DNA of 64,000 bases from the human T2T-CHM13v2.0 reference genome, Homo sapiens (GCF_009914755.1 NC_060944.1), one strand, 5' to 3'. Positions 42,911 to 56,479 are shown, counted from the stretch's first letter. The notes: generated from the letters alone by a model not told the origin. A program made the numbers and translations.

Positions 42911-43926
42911 AAAACAAAATTCAAACCAAAACTATATTTTTGTATATGGGATAGCTATTGTCTACTATTATTCAGAATATTTTTTAAAAACTGAGTGGTT
43001 TGCACATTAATAATAAAACTAAATAACATAGTATTAAAAATAAAGAAAAATCAGAGCCAAAATATGTTATTGGCTTGGGCAATGCTATTTGTTCATATGA
43101 TAAAGAAGCCTGTGTTCTTATGTCAAGGAGATGCCCACATTTCTTGAGAAAGACTTCTTATTGGTGCCATTTTGCTGTTTAGGATACAGGGTTTCATTCA
43201 CTCTGCTGGAAATATTTCATTATATCTAAAAGTTTTGTTCATTCTTTCCAGATTTCCAAGATATAAGTCATTACATTACATGCCAAACATTTTTATTACT
43301 ATTCTTTTCATAATAGCTTACACGTGCATTATTTTTACTGTTTGAAAGCATCACTACTTGTCATTACGTCTTACTGATTAGCTATATTACTATTCCACCT
43401 AAAGGATGAAATCTAACATTCAAGATTATTTTCTCAAGATTTGTCAAGTTTGACTTGAGATTTCTCAAGTTTGTCCACTCAACAGCTGGGCTGTGCCATG
43501 AACTCTAAACTTTAGACAAAATTATTGTGCTTTTCTAGGTTATCCTTACCAAAAAGGTAACAGTAAACTGAATGGAAAGATTAATAAGAAAAACAAACCA
43601 AAAATAATTCCATAAAGCAGCTTTAGATCAATATAGCATTTACCCAAATAATTTTAAAATTTTATTATATTTGTTATTGCAATTAATTTACATGCTATAT
43701 AGAATAACTTATAAATTGTATTACATTTATCATTGCAGTTTATCTGTCTACCATAAGGGTAAGAGCTACTATAAAATTGTATTTTTTTAAACTGGAAAGC
43801 TACATCAAAAAGACTTTATATGACTTCGCCAGGATAATCACATAGCAGGGTTGGTCAACTTAAACTAGTCTTGAGTCTATTAGATTACGTTTCCCCAATG
43901 CTCAATTTTATTCATAACATCTAGAT

Positions 43927-44116
43927 CTGTGCTATTCAATACACACCCACTAGGCACATATGACTACTTAAATTTAAATTAATTAAAATTAAATAAAATG
44001 AAGCATTGAAACTAGACACATTTCAAGCACCCAATAGCCACATGTGGCTGATGGCTACTATATTGGAAGTGCGGGTAACATTTTCATCATCACAGCACAT
44101 TCACCAGATAGCACTG
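43927..44116 (-). mobile_element. MER3-like MITE
   Basis: cacatttcaagcacccaatagccacatgtggctgatggctactatattgga. Confidence 0.7.
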
Positions 44117-44788
44117 GTCTGGATAACAAAAACCTCTAAGGAAGTTTGTTGTCAAAGAAAAAATGTTCAATAATTTATAATATAATAACCATTGCTATTA
44201 ATGTCATTATAATGTGTTTGGTAAGGATCACATAGAAAAGTAGAGAACAATGTTGTAAGAATATATGTTAATAATTGATATGAGACTTATGCTGGTTGTT
44301 TTTTGTATATTCAAATTTAAAATAAAATACAGTGGGTTAGGCATAGCTGTGCTTCACAATTGTAAGCCATGTGACATTTAGCTTTAACTTAGCTTAAGTC
44401 ATTGAAATTCAAAGACAAAGAAATAATTTTTTAGACATTGGGTTTGGAAAGTGGATGTGGGGAGATTATGTTAAAACATCACGAGCAAAAGAGTAAGCCA
44501 GTTTTTATTTCTTCACATAAAATTCAATGCCAGAAAGCAATCCAAAATGTCTACAAACAGAAAATGTGACCCCAAAGTAGTATACCTATCCATGGTGTCA
44601 TTCAAATACAAGAACATCAAGTAGATTTTTAAACATGCACAAACTTAAAGAATACCAGCTATTTTTGAAATTACAGTTGGCCAGTGAAATCTAGGGAACC
44701 AGGAGGTGAATCAAAGGTAAGAACCAGAGAATGGAGAAGCTATGACAATTATAAGTACCGAGCCCATTTAAATGAAAACCAGTATTAA

Positions 44789-45197
<409 letters not shown>

Positions 45198-45204
45198 CTA
45201 AAAA

Positions 45205-45493
45205 GCGGGTGCAGTGGCTTATGCCTGTAATCTCAGCACTTTAGGAGGCCGAGGTGGGGGGGGATCACCTGAAGTTAGGAGTTCAAGACCAGCCTGGCCA
45301 ACATGGTAAAACCCCATCTCTACTAAAAATACAAAAATTAGCCAGATGTGGTGGCACATGAGTGCAATCCCAGCTACTCAGGAGGCTGAGGCAGGAGAAT
45401 CACATGAACTCAGGAGGCAGAAGTTACAGTGAGCCAAGATCACACCACTGTACTCCAGCCTGGATGACAGAGTGAGACTTCATCTCAAAAAAA
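45205..45493 (+). mobile_element. AluSx-like
   Basis: ggatcacctgaagttaggagttcaagaccagcctggccaacatgg. Confidence 0.93.
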
Positions 45494-45863
45494 GGATATA
45501 TACATATATCCTTTTATATCCATATATATATATATATGTACACACACTAAAGGGGAAGAGAAGAGGAAAAAAGGAGAGTAGATGTAAGAGACTACTTCAT
45601 TTTTTATAGCAATGAGTTAACTGGTGCTAAAATTAAAGAAAGTGTATGCCATAAATCAAAAATTACTTTAATCTTTTAAGTTTTCATAATTTTCCAAATA
45701 CATTGTGTAGGCACTTTTAATCTACGATATATCTTTTTGAAAAAAAATTACCTTAATTTTAAATGTTTCCAACTTTACTTTTCCTTCTACAAATTCAAGT
45801 AAAAATAAATTGAATCTCTTACTCAAATATAACATGTATTGTATAGTCCTATTTTAGTAAAGC

Positions 45864-46576
45864 TGTAACCATCCAACAGGTTCATTTTGCCCACTGCACA
45901 GATAGAGCCAAATTTTCAAGCCACAAATTGGCAATACAGAAAGAGTTTAATACATGTAGAGCCATCTAAACAGGAGACCAGAGCTTTATTATTACTCAAA
46001 TCAACTTCCTTGAAAATCCAAAGGTGAGGATTTTTCAAAGGTAGTTTGGCTGGCTAGGGAATGGGTAATGCTGACTGGCTAAGGATGTAATCATAGGAGT
46101 TTGGAAAATGGTCCTTGCGCACTGAGTCTGCTTCTGGGTGGGGGCCACAGGACCAGCTGCGTCAAGAGTCATGGATCAGTGTGGGGCCGCCCAGTCCTCA
46201 GAAATGCCAAAGACTGAAAAGACATCTCAAAAGGCCAATCTTAGGGTACACAATGGTGATGTTATCTGCAGGAGTAATTGGGGAAGTTCCAAATTTTGTG
46301 ACCCCTGGAATAAAGGCTGATCATCCTTTAGGCCTACATCTTAACAGAATTTAGGCTCCTCTCATCCTCCTTAGCTTTACAAGGGCTGTTTAGTTTTTAA
46401 GAAGGGCTGTTATTATTTAAACTATAAACTAAATATCTCCCAATGTTAGCTTGGCCCAAGCCCAGGAATGACCATGGAGAGTTCAGAGGTCAAAGGTAAG
46501 ATGGAAGTTGATTAGATCAGGTCTTTTTCACTGTCATAATTTTCTCATTGTTATAATTTTTGCAAAGGTGGCTTCA
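45864..46576 (-). mobile_element. LTR8-family (ERV1) solo LTR
   Basis: Minus strand TGAAGCCACCTTTGCAAAAATTATAAC...GGTTACA; TSD aagc/aaac. Confidence 0.85.
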
Positions 46577-48439
46577 AAACCACTTCTATCTATCCAGTTG
46601 CTACTGATTATTCAAACACAGCAAAGTCTGAGATGATATTCACCCAATATAAATAACATTTATCTCTCTGTGGTAAAATCTGTGGTGATGTTTATTTTAC
46701 TCTGTAAAATATTCAACTTTTCTCTAAATAAATACTATAAAATAAAATACTTATTAGAATGTCTTTTATTCTCTTTCCTGATAATAATCATTATTAAACT
46801 ATTAATATAAAATAATATTTTCCTTTGACTGTTGATTTACAGTTCATGATAAATTCTCACCTATTTCACCATGCTGTGTTCATAATGACCCAGAGAGGTA
46901 GACAGATGCTGCCGCCCTCATTTCTCAGCTGAGCATCTGCGGGTCCTCAGATTACATAACAGTTCACCCAGCTAATCATTCAGATCTTCAGGATTCTAAC
47001 TCAGTGCTTTTGAGCAGGTTAGTCTTGATCTTCATTAAGTTTAGTAAGAAAGCTCGAACACACCATGTAAAGAATCTTACCATGAAAGACTCTATCAATA
47101 TGAAGATTCCACTGTTAGAAACAGACTCAGGATGTTGACTGTAATGGAAAATAAATCAGCGTTAAAGACAGATGATCTAACCAGAAAAGATACATAGGAA
47201 ACCAAGCAAGGTTCTTTTCCCCTGTGATGCTGAATCAAAGGAACAAACAAAATCAAGCCTATCACTCACTTGAATTCCAGCTCTTCTTTTGGCATCATTC
47301 AGGGTAACACAATTCTTAATTTTTAGAAGGTCCTGGAAAACTTTCAATAGAACTTATACTCATTATCTAAGATCAGAAAAATGTCAGTGGAAAAGCAAAC
47401 AGATAACTGGATTTAAAAATAAAAAAGTATCTTTTTCTTTCCTCCAACAATGGGCAAGTACATTAGGGAGGAAAGAAGACACCTATTGCTCAAGTTTGAT
47501 TTGGGTAAGAACAGGAAATTGCATCTTTTAGAATAGATGAGATTTCCCATCACATAAACATATAATAATAGCCTCCTATCATTTGAGCTAACATTTACAT
47601 TACCTAAAATAAACTGTCATCCTGATGTTGTTCTATAATTGGCATGTGACAGAATGCACGCTGAGGCAAATATAAGTTCGGAAAGCATCCTGTCTTTATG
47701 TTAAAAGAAATCTTCGGACTTTCCTAAACGGACAAACTTTATTTTGTTGCTATGCAACTGACATGGAACATAGTCCATCAGACAGTAAATAAGTTATGAA
47801 TTTTACAATGAAGAGAAAAGTCTTTTCTCTCTGTTTGAGAACAAGCCACAACTTCCTTTCATGCTTTCCTAATCCACCACAGCCCTCTAAAGCTGTTTCA
47901 CAAACGCCAATGTTTTGGCAAGATAAACAAGCAAATGAATAACACAGCAATGACCCAAATGCAGTCTGCAAACATCACGCTAAGAGGCATCAATACTATT
48001 CAATTCATTCCTACAGGCCTGGGAACCTGGGCTCCCCAAGCCTCGTAAAGAGAAGAAGGTTTGTTTCACACCCACATTCTTTCAGGTAGCTGAATATAAA
48101 TAAGCTTAAACAAAGGAGATTCTGGCAATTTCTGTTGGCAGGCACCCATCACTGCTACAGGTCTCAGGCATTATTCTGTATCAGGGCATAAGAGTGATTT
48201 CAGCCATGAGGAAAACATCTGTGAGGATAAAATGTTTTAGGGTTCAGACTTGTGGCTTGTGGGCCACATCCATGTTTAACATGACCTGCTCAGTGTTCAA
48301 AATGTTAAATATCGTCCAATATTTAAAATTTTTTACATAAAAATCTGAATGTCTTGCATTTCTTGAAAAATTATAAAATAACACTGAATTTGCATTTTTG
48401 CAAAAATCATTTAGAATCAACTTCCAGCAGAAAACTGGA

Positions 48440-48830
48440 AAAAAACCCAATAGGATAAGAGATAGATAAATTGTGGTACATTCCTACAATGGATTACTAC
48501 AGAGCAATAATCAGAACTAACTTCTGATACACTCAAAAACATGAATGGACTTCACATATGTTAAGCAAAAGAAACTAAACACAAAAGTGCACACTGTATG
48601 GTCCCACTTATGTGAAGTGTAAGGCCAGTGAAAACCAATCAATGGCAATGGAAATCGGCATAGGTTTATCTCTGGTAGAAGGAGTATGTTTGGAGATGAT
48701 GAAAATGTTCTGTATTTTTATCTGGGAGGTAGGCATATAGGTGTAAATGTAAAGTGTAGCCACCGATACACTCAGGTTTCAGCACCTTACACACCTCGCT
48801 GTATGAATTTCATATGTCAATAAGAAATAC
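48440..48830 (+). mobile_element. Old L1M 3' fragment
   Basis: gataaattgtggtacattcctacaatgg...ggagatgatgaaaatgttctgtatt. Confidence 0.6.
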
Positions 48831-50100
48831 AATTCAATGGAAAAGGTATCAATTGGCTAAGGAACAGCTGGCCTTTTAAGGTGAGGCTTGGCCTCTCTGC
48901 CTGGAGCCCACACCCAATAGCTGGCTCACATAGATGGCTGCAACAGAATCCATGGTGTGGGGCCCAGCAATCTGTTTCAGCGAGCCCTGCCATTGATTCT
49001 GATGCACTATCAAAGCTTGAGAAACTGCTCTAGAGCACTATATCCACAAAATAACATACACAAAAGGCAGAGGCGGCCGTAATGAAGCCCTGTTACCCCT
49101 CCCGCCAACATATTTCAAGAAACTTAGGAAGAGAGGCGTTTGTTGGCTTCCTCAAAGAAATCTGTCTATCAAGCCTAAGTTTCAAAACTCTTGGAAGGGA
49201 TTGTACAACTAACACACACCATTCCTCTTTTAACCATTACACACTTTTGATTTCAGTACTGTTACAATTGGGTCCATATCACTCATTAAAAAAAAGTAAA
49301 AGCAAACAGCTGTATATCTTTGATTATGAAAAAATTATCAAACAAAAAGCATTCAGATATATTCCAACTCTGAAAAAATAAATGAAAATCTACATTCAAG
49401 GAGTTATTGTGGCTCAGGGAATCTTAAAAATTATGAGAAACTCACGAATTAAGACCAGTAATCCCCATTCTCACTGTTACTTGCATAAACCTTACATAAA
49501 ACACCACTTGGAGATCTCTATTTTCTGGGAAGTTATCAACTTTTAAGCAAGCGCCCACACAACCACACACTGTGATGTAGTCAAAATGGAAATTCTGTGC
49601 CAACAGAGAAGGCATTTTGAATCTGTTGAGGGAATTAGAGGTGCTTACTATATACTTATTCATTGATCAATATTAATTGGAAAAGCATAAAACAATTATA
49701 TGATATGATAGAAATATTTACTCTGCGTATTTTGAGAAAAAGTTAAGGGATAACTTTTCTTTTTCATAAAGTTAAGTGATTATTTTTTACCAGACTGGTA
49801 TATAATTTCAGAAAAAAGTTTTTTGTGTGTTCATGCTAATATTTAGGAATCTCCTAGCATTTAGAAGGAGAAAGGGAGAGAGAAAGAGTTCTGGGAATAA
49901 TAAAGCATAATAATAATAAAACATAATATAATAATCATATTTTCAGGTAGTGATTCTCTGAATTGTTTCATTAAGTACCTCACAGTGGTTGAACAACCAG
50001 AGAGATGACGAAAAATCAACTTCAAAATTACTTTGGCTACCTAGTTCACCTCCAATTTGTAAAATGCTTGGTTTGGGAATGAATATAAAAGTCACGTGAT

Positions 50101-50641
50101 CAGGGCTTCATGGGCATGCTCCTCATGCAGTGGACAGGGCTCCATGCTCAGAAAGGGGACTTGGGCTTAGGGTTTGATGCTCTGTGGTTATTGGCTTGAA
50201 ATACTTAATAATGTTATCATTGAATTTGTTTTATAAGTGATGCACGATGCAACAATGGAACTTGTGCCGGGGACACTGAGAGCCTAGCATCATACATTGT
50301 TCCATCTCCTGCCACCTCCCCATGTCTGCTAAGTGAGTTCTTGGTTGCTGGCTCAGGCATTCTGCTTAGTATTTTTGCCCTGCACCCCCAGCAGGGTTCT
50401 GGGCATGGGCACAGGTAAGATCAAGGCAAGTTGTAAGGCAATACCCCAGGCACCTGGAAGGCTCTACGCTTGCCATGTGGGTATCCCCATGCCCAAGGAA
50501 GCATGACATGAAACAGCAAGTCTCCATGACAGCTTAAGAGAAAAACTGTGGAAGGAAGGAAAAGGGTTTTGTCTTGCTTTTTGAACAAGGGGCCCATATT
50601 TTAATTTGGCATAGTCCTCACACATTATGTAGCTACCCTTG
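50101..50641 (+). mobile_element. MER45-family hAT-Tip100 element
   Basis: cagggcttcatgggcatg...ttgaacaaggggccc...attatgtagctacccttg; degenerate 8-bp TSD cacgtgat/cacatggt. Confidence 0.7.
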
Positions 50642-50794
50642 CACATGGTTATCAATGGTAAAGAATCAAAAGAGTAAAGAAAGAGAAGTAGGAGGTATAG
50701 GATAACCAATAAGGTATGCAGAAAGGAAACGAGGAGGTAATTAAGGTTCAGAAAATAAAATTAAAATTTCATATTGTTACAAAAGGACTAGATA

Positions 50795-51404
50795 TATTCT
50801 TCCCAAAAATGCTTTATTTCTCTCTAAGAAGTAACATACATCCTAAAACATTTGGATATATTCAGACACTAAAGATGTGATTGGAAATCTACATTCAAAG
50901 AAGTATCACCAATTACCGCCACCCATTCCAATTCTCTCCAGTGCTACCTTCTCAAAGTTGTGAATCAGGCATTACCAACACTTTGAACCTGAGCTTACAA
51001 TTTAAGAACCACTGTTTTAAAGACATGTAAACAGAATACAGGTTAATAAACAATGAGATCATTATCTTTTCACCTTAGTGTTTGCTACCTCCAATTTTAC
51101 TAAAGGATACAGCACTTTAGCCTGCCAGGGGATGACGTTGTCTAAACACATTTTCAATGTTTTCTTTTTAACAGTTAATATATTTCCAGGATGAAAGTCC
51201 ATTTCTTTCTAAAAGGTTCCTAGGACACCCATTGAAAAGTCAAAAGCAATGAAATAAAAGGGATTGCTATTTTGTTGGAAAAGAACGACACCCTTTGTAT
51301 TGAAGTGGGGAATTACAGACTGTGGTCACCCTCTGCACAGTGTCTCTTTGTCAAGTAATACATGCTGAAAAAAAATAATACAGATGGGAAAATATTGTGC
51401 ACTG
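50795..51404 (-). other. HAO1: HAO1 3' UTR (3' end approximate)
   Basis: Runs from the TGA (51405-51407) to ~20 nt past the AATAAA. Confidence 0.8.
50813..50818 (-). terminator. HAO1: HAO1 polyadenylation signal AATAAA
   Basis: First AATAAA I can see on the minus strand after the stop codon, followed by U-rich sequence; gives a ~0.6-kb UTR. Confidence 0.8.
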
Positions 51405-51475
51405 TCAGATCTTGGAAACGGCCAAAGGATTTTTCCTCACCAATGTCTTGTCGATGACTTTCACATTCTGGCACC
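51405..51475 (-). CDS. HAO1: HAO1 exon 8 coding part: (G)[22 protein letters not shown], ending in PTS1-type SKI
   Basis: Acceptor ATTATTTTTTCAG at 51476-51488; 71 nt including TGA; phase matches exon 7. Confidence 0.97.
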
Positions 51476-52019
51476 CTGAAAAAATAATGCATACATTTAA
51501 TATGAACTGAATGCAATAATAATCAGGCAGGTAATCGTTTTCCCAAGGAATGTAAAATTTGACAAATGTAAGGTTTATGATTCAAGGTAGGCTTGCCAAA
51601 TCTTATGTGGCATGAGACCATTTTTTATTACCTAAACAGTCCTTAACACAAAATGACTGGCACATATTTTTATTAACACAAAGAGTATATTCTTTCTGCC
51701 ACATTTAATAGAGAGTCAGTGACTGAAAGCTCTCTTTTAGGATATGTCTGTAGCAAATTAAAATGCATAGTGAGGATTCACAGAATGGCATTCTTCTTGT
51801 TGAGGCTCTGTCTGCAGACTGAGTACAGTAGTGAGTAGACCATTTATCTGGGGAGTTTTATCTATGGGAACAATCCAGATGATATGGATTACAGAAAAGG
51901 AAGCCCTCTTTACCTTCAAAAATGCGGTAGCTGATAATCAACTCACAGCCATTCTTTCTAGCTACAGGTTCTTTCTGAGTCAAATTAGAAATAGTCACTA
52001 GTAGTATTTTAATGTGTAT

Positions 52020-53060
52020 TTATTTATTTATTCTTTCAGCAAATATGTATTGTTTGTGTGCCAGGCACTGCTGTAGACACTGAAAATACTGCAATCAAGA
52101 CAACAAAGCCCCCTGCCTCATGTATCTTATGTTCTAAAGGGGAAACAGACAATATATAATGCATATAATTTTAAAAGGAAATTCTATGATAGCTGATATA
52201 TAGGAGACAATAGGTACTATGGAAAAAGGATGAAAGAAAACTGGAAAAGAAAACTGGAGTCGAATAGATGGGTGGAGGATAAACTGCTATTTTAAACACA
52301 GTAATCAGGATAGGCACCTTTAAGAAAGTACAATTTATGTGAACACATGAAAGATGAGAAGTTTTTCATGTAGCTGTCTGGAGGAAGAGCATCCAGGCAG
52401 AGCGAACAACCATTGCAAATACCCCAAGGCTGAAACATATCTCACATAGTCAAGGGACATCATGGAGGCAAAATGTCACATGGGCAGAATAAGTAAGGGT
52501 GACATTGGTAGAAGTTGGGATCAGAAAGATGACGGGAGTCAAACCATATGAGGCCTTGTAAACCACTATAAAGACTCTGGCATTTACTCTGAGTAAACCA
52601 AAAGCCACTGGGGGTTTTCTGATCAGAAAAGTAACATGATCTCAATGAATGTTTAAAAGAACCGTTCTGGCCGCCATGATCAGAACAGACTGGGAGAGGG
52701 GAGATAGGTGAGAATAGACGTGCCCACCCACAATGTCCATGGGATGAGAGACAATGATGGCTCCAGCCAGGGCGGTGGCAGTGGAGATGACAGGGAGGTC
52801 AGATTCTGATTATATTTTGAAGATCGAGCCCCTATGAGTAAGAAGGTGTGAGAGAAAAGAAGAGTCAAGAATGACTGAAGATTTTTGTACTGAGCAACTG
52901 AAACTATGGGATTAACATGAACTGATGGAGAAACTGCAGGTGGAGCAGGTTTAACGTGGAAAGTTAGCAGCTTAGTTTTGGACAGGTAAGAGTTTGGGAT
53001 GCCACTTAGATGTCCAAAGGGAGCTGTTGACTATCCAGGTAGATGTATGTGTTCATGTGT
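52020..53060 (-). mobile_element. L2 fragment in HAO1 intron 7
   Basis: tcagcaaatatgtattg...tgtgccaggcactg...ccctgcctcatg L2 tail. Confidence 0.75.
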
Positions 53061-53332
53061 TATGAGATGAGGAAGAATATGATGTTACAACCACCTCCAA
53101 GTACTCGTACTCACCAAAATATTCCTAATAAAGCTGTGAAAAACAGAGGTTAAGTAATTACTAGAGACTGCACATGCAGAGTTCCTCAAAGCTGTAAATA
53201 TGGAGTCAACGTCAAATTTAATGTACTCAAATGATCCCACACTCTTCCCTTTCAAATTCACTTCTCTCCACCAAGGACCTTGACTTAAAGATCATAAAAG
53301 AAAAGAAAGTTGTAAACAAGAATGAGTCTTAC

Positions 53333-53402
53333 CACTCAGAGCCATGGCCAACCGGAATTCTTCCTTTAGTATCTCGAGGACATCTTGAACACCTTTCTCC
53401 CC
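53333..53402 (-). CDS. HAO1: HAO1 exon 7: [23 protein letters not shown](G)
   Basis: TTAG acceptor, GTAAGA donor, 70 nt. Confidence 0.97.
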
Positions 53403-53517
53403 CTAACCAAGTGAAAAGATACAGAGTGATTCAGAACTAAATCAGTCTGACTTGTTTTATTCATTTGTTTTACTGTCAAGTTGTCTATTTTATATATTCA
53501 TTTCTTTGTCCAGTTAC

Positions 53518-53676
53518 CTGGAAAGCTAAGCCCCAAACGATTGGTCTCCCCACAAACACAGCCTTGGCGCCAAGAGCCAGAGCTTTCAGAACATCAGTGC
53601 CTTTCCGCACACCCCCGTCCAGGAAGACTTCCACCTTCCCTTCCACAGCCTCCACAATTTCTGGCAGAACATCAAT
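53518..53676 (-). CDS. HAO1: HAO1 exon 6: [53 protein letters not shown]
   Basis: CCCCAG acceptor, GTAACT donor, 159 nt; DGGVR and GRP FMN-binding motifs of alpha-hydroxyacid oxidases. Confidence 0.98.
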
Positions 53677-53986
53677 CTGGGGAAAGAAAAGTTCAATAAT
53701 GTGACTCTATTAACACTGAATTGTTATTCAACTCCACCTCCAAAAACCACTGACACATCCAGCTAGGGCTTAGAGTGAAAGAAGCCAAGTAGGTTTGGGG
53801 TAAATGGTAAAATTATTTCCTTCTCAAAGAAGAGAGGTACAAATGCTAGTAACTAAAACACCAACTAAATTTGGAAATGAGCAGCTTATTTTTCTTTTAA
53901 AGTGCAAGGTTGTCTTTTTTTCTGTTTCTTATATTCAAAGATTGTCATCAAAAAATTATAAACATAAAACACTTGATCTTTCATAA

Positions 53987-54261
<275 letters not shown>

Positions 54262-54529
54262 AAAATGTATAAAAGTAAATTAAGTATTTTATTGACATAA
54301 ATTATTCTGAACATTACTCATTGCAAGTCAATTGTTAAAATTCATACTCAGATAATAGTGCAAGCAGTGTGTAAAATGCAAACACAACTAATAATAAAAC
54401 AACTTAGTCTCTTATTTTCTCATCCAAAATATTTTGCATCCAACCATATATTAAAGAACACTCTGTGAAAACATTTTTCTTGTTTTTAAGGAATATGACC
54501 ACTTGCAACATAAAGATCTTGGTCTTGAT

Positions 54530-54958
54530 TGGCAGTTGGTGATGATGGACATAGGTTGGCATCAAAGTGCACTTGCCTGCACCTTAGCCTTGGAAACTTT
54601 GGCTGATAACATGTGAGCAGAGCTGGTAGAATGCCATTTCTGAGCATAGGCCTTAAGCAACCTCATGTATTCCCACTTACTTTTTTGCACCTTGTCATTT
54701 GCCATGAGAAGACCATCCACCAGGTATTGTTTACCCCTCATCTTTGGCCCCAGGATAAATATTCAGGAAGCAGAGCTAGCACAGCCAAGCCCAGCTGGAG
54801 CTGACAATTGGATACCAGCCACCTAGCTAGTACCAAGCCTAGATCAGTAGACACTGGTCAATACAAACTTTCATGGAAATCATTTATTTCAATGATTTAA
54901 ATCACTGAGTTTGGGATTGTTCATTTTATAATGTCATATGGCAGTAGCTAACTAATAC
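54530..54958 (+). mobile_element. Old MLT1 LTR
   Basis: tttgccatgagaaga...cactgagtttgggattgtt...ggcagtagctaactaataca. Confidence 0.55.
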
Positions 54959-56479
54959 AATTGGCTACTTTGATGTGAATCTGCATTTGAGAATTAAAAC
55001 AATTTACAAGGTGAGCTAGAGGTCAAAATCTGTAGAAATCACCCACATTCATCCCAAAATGTAAAAATCTAAATTAAGTACAATTCCTATTTAAAATGTA
55101 TGCTGAGGAAGCTGCCATACACTCAAGTCCACCTTTTCCAGAAATAATTGTGCTGAAATCACTCAGAGGTTATCCCACTTCTACCCTAAAATTTTAGAGG
55201 GTTTTATGTATGAGGCTGAAGACTAAACAGGGCTACAGATTGGAAGGAAGTGAAGGTAACACTTGGCATGTGGTCCCTAAATGTTTGGCAGGTAAGGCGA
55301 TTTTCCTCTTTCCCTTTTAGCTTTTCTGCCTTGCCAAACATGCTTTGGATCTATTTACATATGTCCCTTTTCCTATACATAGCCCTCTTTTTGCATTCAG
55401 GCAAGTTACATCAACATATAAATGCTATAATTTCCAAGCCATGATGCAAGCTATAATTAAGCATATTTCCCCATTTGAAACCAGAACCAAAAAAAAATAC
55501 TATCTAGCTTGGGTTCAATACACATTTTCAAAGTCAGTCAAATCAAGTGTGTTTAGGTAATTTCCAATGCCAACCCTGGCCTAAAAGTAAACTAATAAAG
55601 GTACTTAAAAATGTGAATCCTGAGTTAAAAAACAGAGCCCAGATTTGTGTTTCGTGTGTCTGTGAACAACAATGTTCCATCTATTGCTAGGTGTTTCAAT
55701 CCTCCCTTTTTTCTTTCAATAGCTGCAGTTTTACTAGGTGTATATTACACAAAATAATTCTGATCAAACAGATTAGATAAATAAATACAGTAGACAGACT
55801 CACTATGTTATGTCCCTGTTTATGTTTCCCTCTTTTCAGCTTTCTATACATCTGTGAGACCATTCATTTTAGCTATTTCCTTAGTGCTTCTTCGGGCAAG
55901 TAATTGTGGGTTTAACTCCACTGGAGTTAATCTCCAGGAAAATATGGTAAGATCCCTGTATACTGTTGCTCATTCATCCCTCTATTCACTGTTTTATCAA
56001 ACACTTTATAAAGGACCTGGTATATTTAAGGCACTAATGTCAGGCAGAGTAAGGGATGTAGAAAGAAACCCACAGGGATCTGACTCGCAAAGAGAATCCT
56101 CTTTCTCATTTGTGTTCAAGTCACACTCTTCCAGAATGCTCCCTGCACAACTTGCTCCCCCAACCCCTCCCCCAAACACAACTTCTGCTAGCAAGGAGCT
56201 CTCACCTTTCCATCTTCCTATTGCATCGGTTGTTATACTCTTGATTTTTGACATTTTAGGTATGGAAACCTTTGTTCAAATCAAAATAGTTTAAAATAAA
56301 CAAAAGTAGATGGAACCAGAGGTGCTTAGTTAAACGCAAAAGAGACAGAGTCCAAGTCACTGCCCATAAATCCTCCCTTGACTGTCTACCCACCCTACCC
56401 ATCACACTTCACCACGCAGCCCTAAGGGGCTTTTCCTAAGCACACTTAGAAAATCACTGGTTCATATACATTTTGCTGA

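Noticed and set aside
51390-51415. CAGUGC immediately after the HAO1 stop as an IRE
   Set aside because: The flanks (UCUGA/ACAAU) cannot form the required 5-bp upper stem.
53465-53704. Plus-strand ORFs over exon 6
   Set aside because: Antisense shadows of the HAO1 coding sequence.
55854-56294. 146-aa ORF, the longest non-repeat ORF
   Set aside because: GTG start, antisense in HAO1 intron 5, no recognisable domain; length is compatible with chance.
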